DNA from: Candidatus Fermentibacteraceae bacterium
GTDB taxonomy: Bacteria; Fermentibacterota; Fermentibacteria; Fermentibacterales; JCC-6
Length of the DNA stretch: 24,124 nt
NCBI GenBank assembly: GCA_041686025.1
Contig: JAWLEP010000004.1
Coordinates: 66,022-90,145, forward strand
Direction: 5' to 3'
Notes under the pieces: generated by a model
What the model was told of the DNA's origin: nothing
What the model saw: only the letters and a program-made list of their open reading frames with translations
The model's database searches: none
Program-made: the position numbers and the translations under genes
In this document: piece after piece, positions 17,730-24,124 of the stretch
Position numbering within the stretch: the first letter of the stretch is position 1
How the letters are laid out: each line of letters opens with the position of its first letter

Positions 17730-19181
17730 ATGCTTCTCAAGCACTTCTTCGTCCCCAAGCTGGCACACAGCTCCTACCTGCTGGCGGGAGACATGACCTG
17801 CGCCGTAGTGGACCCCAGGCGGGACACGCAGATGTACATCGATGCCGCGGAGGAGCTGGACCTGAAGATAACCCACATACTCCAGACCCACCTCCACGCG
17901 GACTTCGTCTCCGGCCACATGGACCTGGCCAGGGCCACGGGGGCCATCATCTGCGCGCCGAGGTCGGCCCAGTGCGCCTTCGAGCACAGGCCGCTCTCCC
18001 AGGGGGACACCTTCCGGCTGGAGGACATGGAGCTCGCCGTCATCGAGACCCCGGGACACACCCCGGAGCACATCTCCTACGTGGTAACGGACACCGCCCG
18101 GGCGGCCGAGCCCGTTGGCGTCTTCTGCGGCGACACCCTGTTCGTGGGGGACGTGGGCAGGCCCGACCTCTTTCCCGGAAGGGCCCGGGAGCTGGCGGAC
18201 AAGCTCTACGACAGCCTGGGGAAGCTGATGGAGCTGCCCGACTTCTGCGAGGTGTACCCGGCCCACGGCGCCGGCTCGCTCTGCGGCAGGGCCATGGGGG
18301 CGAAGTGGCGCAGCACCATAGGATTCGAGCGCCGCTACAACCCGGCCCTGCAGATAGAGGACCGGGAGGAGTTCATCACCTCCCTCACCGAGAACATGCC
18401 CCCGGCGCCCGATCACTTCTCCCGCTGCAGCGAAATCAACCGCCGGGGACCGGCCCTGGCCGACGGGATGCCTCCGCCGGAGAAGATGTCCCCGGACGGG
18501 TTCCGTCGGGCGGCAGCGGGCGATGAGAGCATGGTCCTGGACGTCCGGAGGTACGACGCCTTCGGGGGCCAGCACGTACCGGGGGCCTGGAGCATCGACT
18601 TCCAGGGCAACTTCCCCACCTTCGCCGGATGGGTGGTCCCTCCCGACGCCGACATCTACCTGGTGGCCACCGACGCCGAGGAGGCCCGTCAGGCCGCCGT
18701 CTGGCTGCGGCGGGTGGGGCTGGACCGCACCAGGGGATGGCTGGACGGAGGGATGTTCGCATGGGCTACCGCCGGCCTGCCCACCGCACACGTGCCCCAG
18801 CTGTCGGTGCTGGAGGCCAGCGAGTTCCACGGGAGCGGGCTGGACTCCGTGCTCCTGGACGTCCGGGCCCCCTCGGAGTTCGAGGACTCCCACGTGGAGG
18901 GGGCGGTGAACCTCCCGGCACCGGACCTGAGGACCAGGTACGACGAGCTGGACCCGGAGATGGAGACCATGGTGGTATGCAGCACGGGCCACCGCTCCAC
19001 TCTGGCCGCCAGCATACTGCTCTCCCGTGGACTGAGGAAGGTCTACAACGTGGCCGGGGGCATGAAGGGGCTCAGCGCCGCGGCCCTGGCGCCCGCCTGC
19101 GTCATGTGCTCCATACCCCACGGACCAAAGCTCCTGGTGCGCAAGGTCGGCGACATGATAGAGAAGCCCGCAGGGGCGTAG
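17730..19181 (+). CDS. MBL-fold persulfide dioxygenase-like protein fused to two rhodanese domains (CstB/Blh-like)
   Basis: THLHADFVSG, TPGHTPEH, GDTLFVGDVGRPDL, YPAHGAGSLCG. Rhodanese 1 (LDVRRYDAF..QHVPGA) lacks the loop Cys; rhodanese 2 has VCSTGHRS. RBS AAAGGAGAGG. Confidence 0.9.
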   Translation: MLLKHFFVPKLAHSSYLLAGDMTCAVVDPRRDTQMYIDAAEELDLKITHILQTHLHADFVSGHMDLARATGAIICAPRSAQCAFEHRPLSQGDTFRLEDMELAVIETPGHTPEHISYVVTDTARAAEPVGVFCGDTLFVGDVGRPDLFPGRARELADKLYDSLGKLMELPDFCEVYPAHGAGSLCGRAMGAKWRSTIGFERRYNPALQIEDREEFITSLTENMPPAPDHFSRCSEINRRGPALADGMPPPEKMSPDGFRRAAAGDESMVLDVRRYDAFGGQHVPGAWSIDFQGNFPTFAGWVVPPDADIYLVATDAEEARQAAVWLRRVGLDRTRGWLDGGMFAWATAGLPTAHVPQLSVLEASEFHGSGLDSVLLDVRAPSEFEDSHVEGAVNLPAPDLRTRYDELDPEMETMVVCSTGHRSTLAASILLSRGLRKVYNVAGGMKGLSAAALAPACVMCSIPHGPKLLVRKVGDMIEKPAGA

Positions 19182-19196
19182 GGAGGTGATGGCCGG

Positions 19197-19724
19197 ATGG
19201 AATGGCTGACGATGAGGACCTGGTCGCCCTACGCGGTGGGGGCCGGCATAGGGGTGCTGAGCTGGCTGACCTTCCTTCTCTCGGACAAGCCCCTGGGCTG
19301 CTCCACCGCCTTCGCGCGGACCAGCGGGATGATCGAGAGGCTGTTCCGGGGCCGCAAGGTGGAGGACAGGCCCTACTACCGCAAGTTCGCCCCGGTGATC
19401 GACTGGGAGTGGATGCTGGTGCTGGGGGTGTTCCTGGGGGCCCTGGTCTCTTCGATTGCCTCCGGCAGCTTCGAGCTGACGCTGCAGCCTCAGCGGTGGG
19501 TGTCACACTTCGGCGACAGCCCGGTGGCCCGCCTGGTGGTAGCCCTGGCGGGAGGCGTGCTCATGGGCTTCGGCTCCCGGTGGGCCGGGGGATGCACCAG
19601 CGGCCACGGCATATCCGGGACGCTGCAGATGGCCCTGAGCAGCTGGATAGCCGCCATCTGCTTCTTCGCCGGGGGCATAGCCTCCGCCTGGCTGATCTTC
19701 GGCCTGCTGGGAGGTGGTGTCTGA
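19197..19724 (+). CDS. YeeE/YedE sulfur-compound transporter half
   Basis: WSPYAVGAGIG, KPLGCSTAF, FGSRWAGGCTSGHGISG. Confidence 0.9.
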   Translation: MEWLTMRTWSPYAVGAGIGVLSWLTFLLSDKPLGCSTAFARTSGMIERLFRGRKVEDRPYYRKFAPVIDWEWMLVLGVFLGALVSSIASGSFELTLQPQRWVSHFGDSPVARLVVALAGGVLMGFGSRWAGGCTSGHGISGTLQMALSSWIAAICFFAGGIASAWLIFGLLGGGV

Positions 19725-20281
19725 TGCTGGAAGGGCTGCACCGAAGAAAGGGCCTGCAGTTCGTCCTGGCCCTGCTGGCCGGCATGGCCTTCGGTTTCCT
19801 CCTGCAGAAGGGGGGCGTCACCGAGTACGACGTGATCACGGGCCAGCTGCTGCTGAAGGACTTCACCGTGGTGAAGGTAATGCTGTCGGCGGTGATAGCG
19901 GGCTCGCTGGGCATACACCTGCTGCGGTCCCTGGGGCTGGCCAGGCTCCATCCCAAGCCCGGCTCGCTGGGCTCATCCGCCCTGGGTGGGCTGGTCTTCG
20001 GGGCCGGCTTCGCCACCCTGGGATACTGCCCGGGAACCGTGGCCGGAGCGGTGGGCTCCGGAGCGCTGGACGCCCTCTTCGGAGGAGTGGTGGGCATACT
20101 GCTGGGAGCCGGCCTGTTCTCCAGGGCCTATACGGGCATGAGCCGGGGAGTGATGCTCAAGGCGGACTTCGGAGACCGCACCATACCCGAGGCCCTGGGG
20201 GTCAGTCCCTGGGCCGTTGTGCTGCCGGCCTGCGCCCTGATGGCGGCGATAATGTGGCTGCTGGAATCGGCCGGGTACTGA
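19724..20281 (+). CDS. YeeE/YedE sulfur-compound transporter half
   Basis: FGFLLQKG, YDVITGQLLLKDFTVVKVM, GYCPGT. TGATG coupling to the previous gene. Confidence 0.9.
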   Translation: MLEGLHRRKGLQFVLALLAGMAFGFLLQKGGVTEYDVITGQLLLKDFTVVKVMLSAVIAGSLGIHLLRSLGLARLHPKPGSLGSSALGGLVFGAGFATLGYCPGTVAGAVGSGALDALFGGVVGILLGAGLFSRAYTGMSRGVMLKADFGDRTIPEALGVSPWAVVLPACALMAAIMWLLESAGY

Positions 20282-20282
20282 C

Positions 20283-20633
20283 ATGGAAACAGTGCTGGAA
20301 AACGTAATGCGGTACGCGGCCGCAGCGGCGGCTTTGGCCGCTGCGGTGGTGGTGGCGGTGGGCATGGTGCAGGCCATGTGGATCTACCTGGTTAGAAACG
20401 TGTGCACACGATGCACGCTGCGCCAGCACATCAAGGGGCGGCTCAGGCTGGGCCACGCCCTCTCCCTGGCCCTGGAGCTGCTGATAGGGGCCGACATACT
20501 CAAGAGCGCCCTGGACCCCAGCTGGTCCGAGCTGGGCAAGCTGGGGGCCATCGTCCTGATAAGGACGGTGCTGAACTACTTCCTTCTCTGGGACATGAAG
20601 CAGATCAGCGGGGAGGAGGAGACAGAGGCGTAG
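20283..20633 (+). CDS. DUF1622-family small membrane protein
   Basis: RLRLGHALSLALELLIGADILKSALDPSWSELGKLGAIVLIRTVLNYFL. Confidence 0.85.
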   Translation: METVLENVMRYAAAAAALAAAVVVAVGMVQAMWIYLVRNVCTRCTLRQHIKGRLRLGHALSLALELLIGADILKSALDPSWSELGKLGAIVLIRTVLNYFLLWDMKQISGEEETEA

Positions 20634-20649
20634 CCCCGCGGTCCGGGGC
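20633..20649. terminator. Short GC hairpin between convergent genes
   Basis: GCCCCG-cggtc-CGGGGC; no U-tract. Confidence 0.25.
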
Positions 20650-20655
20650 GGACAT

Positions 20656-23600
20656 CTACGCCGGAGGACCGCTTTCGTCGTCCTCCAGGGGACCCCCGGT
20701 CCCCATGAGGACCCGCCAGCCGGTGGAGTCCTCCGGGCCTCCCATGGCGGCTATCTCCCTCCGTGCCGCCTCCGCCGCCTCCGCCCCGGCGCCGGCGAGG
20801 TGAAGGGCGTAGTGGGCCAGGGCCCTTCTTTCCCGGTCATCGGACTCCCGGGACACCGCCCCAAGCGCATCCCGGCTCTCCTTGCTGCCCCGGCAGGCGG
20901 CCGCGGCGTCCAGGGCCAGCCCGGCCCGGGATGCGCAGCGGTCCCGGCCCACCTCTTCGGCCGTCTTCAGAGCCTGCCGGGCCACCGGCTCCGCATCGGC
21001 GCAGCGGCCCATCTCCAGCAGAAGCCAGGCGTAGGAGACCAGGTACTCGGCCAGGTAGAAGGCCAGGTTGCACTCCCTTCCCAGCTCCACGGCCTCCGCC
21101 AGGCTCTCCGCGGCCTCCCCGGCCCTGCCCGTGAACGCCAGGAAGTTCCCCGAAAGCGCCCTGGCGTAGCTCACTCCGGCCCTGTCCTGTACCTCCCGGA
21201 AGGCGTCCTCCGCGGAGCGGCTCAGCCTCAGCGCCTCCCGGAAGCGGCCCCTGGCCATCTGCAGCAGGCTCTGGTTCATCCATGAGGTACCCATGGTGTA
21301 CACGTCTCCCAGCTCCCTGCCTATGATCTCCTGGCGCTTCAGCAGCTCCTCGGCCTGGCCCAGACGGCCCTGCAGCTGGTGGACTATTCCCAGGTTGCCG
21401 GTGGCGAAGGCGATGTACTGCCTGTGGCCCACCCGCTCGGCCAGCTCCAGGCTGCGGGCGTAGAGGTCCCGGGCCGTGTCGTACCGCTGCCTCTCCAGGT
21501 GTACGTTTCCCATGCTGCCCAGCAGCTCGGCCCGCTCCACCGGGGCCCTCCTGTCCCTCACCATCTCCAGCGCCCTCCGGTAGACCTTCAGCGCGCCCTC
21601 CGAGTCGCCCATGGAGGCCATGGCCGAGCCCATGGCCCGGCAGGCGGAGACGGCGGTGTCCGTGCCTCCGCTGTCCAGGCCGGCCTCCATGGCCCCCCTG
21701 GCCTGCTCCAGGCCGCGGCCGTACTCGCCCATGTCTATCTGCACCCTGGCCCGGGCCAGGAGGTGGTCGGCAGCCAGCCGGCCGTCGCCGGAGGACTCCA
21801 CCTCACCGGCGCAGCCCTCCAGCAGGCTACGGGCCTCCTCCAGCCTGCCCACGCTCCGCAGGAAGCCGGCCAGCTCAACCGTCCGGGAAAGCCCCCCGGG
21901 GCTTCCGGCGCCCGCCGTCTCCACCGACCTCCGGTACAGCTCCTCGGCCCTTTCCCAGCGCCCCATGATGGCGCTCAGCCTGGCCATGCCGGCCAGGGCC
22001 TCCGCCCTTCCGGCGGCAGCCTCCGTCCCGGGGGCCATCTCCAGGTACCGGCGGTAGAGGTCCAGGGCCTCCAGGTTCCTGTACTCCTCTGCCGCGTGGC
22101 GGCCGGCCCGCAGCAGGAACCCGGCGGCCTCCTCCCGCAGGCCCGCCCTCTCCAGGTGGTAGGCGGTGCGGGCCCAGTGCTCGGGGCTGTCCCCGAACAC
22201 CTCCCTCTCGGCCTCGGCGGCGGCGGCGTGAAGGCCGCGGAGGCTGTCCTCCAGCTGCATCTGGTAGGCCGCGTCCCGGATCAGGACGTGCGAGAAGGAG
22301 CAGGCGCCGCCCCCGGCGTCGGTCCAGATCCCCAGCTCCGCCCCCCGCCGCATCAGCTCCTCGAAGCCGTCCTCCGCCACCATCCGGGCCAGCACCTCCG
22401 GATGGAAGTCCTTCCCCAGCACGGAAGCCTTCTGCACCAGGGAGCGGAGGGCCTCGGGCAGCCTGTCCAGCCGGGCCAGCAGAGTCGACCTTACCCCCTC
22501 CGGCATTCCAGAGGCGTCTCCGCCCAGGACCAGGCCATCCGGGGTCTGGGCGGTGAGGCCCCTGTCGGTGAGATAGCCGCAGTACTGCTCCAGGTAGAAG
22601 GGGTTGCCGCGGCAGCGCTCCTCCAGGAAATCCATCAGGGCCCCGGAGGGCCTGCCCCCCAGCACCCCGGCCGCCAGCGACCGGCTGTCTTCGCGGGACA
22701 GGCGGCTCAGGACCAGCCTCCGGCTCCGGATCTCCCGGGGAACGTCCAGCTCGGGCCAGGCGCCCCCGTCGGCGGGCCGGGAGGTGACCAGGAGGGCCAC
22801 CGGGTATCCCTCCAGACGGCGGAGGAGCGTCCGCAGCACCTCCTCGGTGTCCGGGTCGGCCCAGTGCAGGTCTTCCACCGCCAGCAGCAGGGGCGAGAGG
22901 AGGGACATGGCCTTCAGGAAGGCCTTCACGGCGAACACCGTGTTGGAGTACCGGCGGGCCGGCCCCAGGGAGTCGAACACCGGATCGCCGGAGGGAAGGC
23001 CCAGCAGCCTCCGCAGCGCCGGCCGGGCCCTGGACAGCTCGGCGCGGGCCTCCCCGGCCCGGCTGCCCCGCACGTGTTCCACACCCCCCGTCAGGGCCGC
23101 CCAGCCCCGCTGGAAATCCGCTTCCTTCCCGCTTCCCGAGATCCAGAAGTAGTCCCCCAGCATGCCGGCCACCGGACCCATGCCCCTGCGCGAGATATCG
23201 TCGCAGCGCACCATGAGCCTCGAGGCCTCCGGGGGAGTGGCGGAGGTGAGCTCGGAGAGGAGCCTGCTCTTTCCCATGCCGGCCTCGCCGCAGATGTACA
23301 CCACCACCGGCCGGCCGGACCTGTGGGCCTCGCGCACAGCCTGCAGGCCCTCCGCCAGCATCCCTCCCCTCCCCACCAGGCCGCTCTCCCTCCTGAGGGG
23401 AAGACCCCCGGCGGGCCCGGCGTCTCCCACCTCCGCCACCGGCACCGGCCGGGACTTGCCGGCGAGGTCCACGCAGCCCGCAGGAGACAGGGCGCCGCCG
23501 GCCTCCGGCATGTACTCCTCCGGGTAGGCCACCAGGGCCCCTCCCGGGGCGCAGTGGTTAAGGAGCTTGGCCGCGGTGTTCACCGGATCGCCGATCACCG

Positions 23601-24123
23601 AGTAGGTGAACCGCTGCTCCGAGCCTATCCGCCCGGCGTAGACCACGCCGCGGCAGACGCCGAACCTCACCCCCAGCAGGCCCGGGGCCTTCAGGGCCCT
23701 GACGTACTCCAGGGCCCTCTCCTCCAGGTGCTCGTAGGCCATGGGGGCTCCGAAGAGCGTCAGGGCGTTTCCCCCCTTCCCGTCGAAGAAGACCCCCGGG
23801 ATGTAGCCCCCCAGCCCCGCCGCCTCCTCCAGCAGCAGCCTGGTGAGGCCGTCCAGCTCACCGTAGGGGATGTCCTCGTCGAACCCGGTGAACACGGAGA
23901 CCACCTCCCGGAACTCCCCCGTCCTGGCGGAGGCCAGCGCCGCCGCGGGGAGGAAGGACTCCTCCACCCGGGGAGGGAGGTCTCCTTCCTCCTCCCCGCC
24001 GACTGTGCCGGAGACATCGAAGTCTTCCGCCCGGTCCACCGCCAGGTCTCCGGGGGCGCAGCTCTCCGCCAGGGCCGAGCAGGCGAACACCGGGTCGCCC
24101 CGGAAGAAGTATGTCCGCATGCC
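20656..24123 (-). CDS. sAC-like class III nucleotide cyclase - STAND/AAA NTPase - TPR protein (5' truncated by window edge)
   Basis: Cyclase C2-type motifs GEFREVVSVF, DGKG..LFGAP, GVCRGVVYAG, RFTYSVIGDPVNTAAKL; Walker A GEAGMGKS; Walker B LAVEDLHWAD; RCRGNPFYLEQ; LLARLDRL; FSHVLIRDAAY; C-terminal TPRs. The frame stays open to the window end. Confidence 0.9.
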   Translation of the reverse strand, partial: GMRTYFFRGDPVFACSALAESCAPGDLAVDRAEDFDVSGTVGGEEEGDLPPRVEESFLPAAALASARTGEFREVVSVFTGFDEDIPYGELDGLTRLLLEEAAGLGGYIPGVFFDGKGGNALTLFGAPMAYEHLEERALEYVRALKAPGLLGVRFGVCRGVVYAGRIGSEQRFTYSVIGDPVNTAAKLLNHCAPGGALVAYPEEYMPEAGGALSPAGCVDLAGKSRPVPVAEVGDAGPAGGLPLRRESGLVGRGGMLAEGLQAVREAHRSGRPVVVYICGEAGMGKSRLLSELTSATPPEASRLMVRCDDISRRGMGPVAGMLGDYFWISGSGKEADFQRGWAALTGGVEHVRGSRAGEARAELSRARPALRRLLGLPSGDPVFDSLGPARRYSNTVFAVKAFLKAMSLLSPLLLAVEDLHWADPDTEEVLRTLLRRLEGYPVALLVTSRPADGGAWPELDVPREIRSRRLVLSRLSREDSRSLAAGVLGGRPSGALMDFLEERCRGNPFYLEQYCGYLTDRGLTAQTPDGLVLGGDASGMPEGVRSTLLARLDRLPEALRSLVQKASVLGKDFHPEVLARMVAEDGFEELMRRGAELGIWTDAGGGACSFSHVLIRDAAYQMQLEDSLRGLHAAAAEAEREVFGDSPEHWARTAYHLERAGLREEAAGFLLRAGRHAAEEYRNLEALDLYRRYLEMAPGTEAAAGRAEALAGMARLSAIMGRWERAEELYRRSVETAGAGSPGGLSRTVELAGFLRSVGRLEEARSLLEGCAGEVESSGDGRLAADHLLARARVQIDMGEYGRGLEQARGAMEAGLDSGGTDTAVSACRAMGSAMASMGDSEGALKVYRRALEMVRDRRAPVERAELLGSMGNVHLERQRYDTARDLYARSLELAERVGHRQYIAFATGNLGIVHQLQGRLGQAEELLKRQEIIGRELGDVYTMGTSWMNQSLLQMARGRFREALRLSRSAEDAFREVQDRAGVSYARALSGNFLAFTGRAGEAAESLAEAVELGRECNLAFYLAEYLVSYAWLLLEMGRCADAEPVARQALKTAEEVGRDRCASRAGLALDAAAACRGSKESRDALGAVSRESDDRERRALAHYALHLAGAGAEAAEAARREIAAMGGPEDSTGWRVLMGTGGPLEDDESGPPA

Positions 24124-24124
24124 G

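Noticed and set aside
2043..19121. Long antisense or alternate-frame ORFs (e.g. 2043-3242, 3714-5048, 5097-6635, 9752-10885, 17076-19121)
   Set aside because: Shadow ORFs expected from stop-codon scarcity in high-GC DNA; each overlaps a well-supported gene.
19197..20281. Frameshifted single YeeE pseudogene or selenocysteine read-through
   Set aside because: The second half has its own GGAGG RBS and TGATG coupling in a different frame, two-gene YeeE pairs are common, and the motif Cys residues are ordinary TGC codons.

Overview
High-GC bacterial chromosomal window, probably from a diderm (it encodes a lipoprotein and an outer-membrane beta-barrel). Left to right: (1) a degenerate ~88-bp tandem repeat downstream of a tRNA-Thr(UGU)/tRNA-Tyr(GUA) pair; (2) a divergent operon for a lipoprotein plus a LolD/MacB-type ABC ATPase and permease; (3) a 167-bp AT-richer element with perfect 28-bp terminal inverted repeats (MITE/REPIN-like); (4) a minus-strand envelope operon: GT4 glycosyltransferase, DapG-type aspartokinase, uppP and a large TPR + C-terminal beta-barrel protein; (5) three more GT4 genes transcribed divergently; (6) a stand-alone cNMP-binding protein followed by a PD-(D/E)XK-like gene that probably starts at CTG; (7) a secreted hypothetical protein; (8) a sulfur-handling operon (SLC13/TrkA-C permease, CstB-like MBL-rhodanese, two YeeE/YedE genes, DUF1622); (9) a 5'-truncated sAC-like class III cyclase-STAND NTPase-TPR gene. 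The best novelty candidates are a possible glycan or lipoprotein export system built on the TPR-barrel protein, the cNMP-sensor/nuclease-fold pair, and the inverted-repeat element. All family calls come from motif recognition by eye; no database searches were run.
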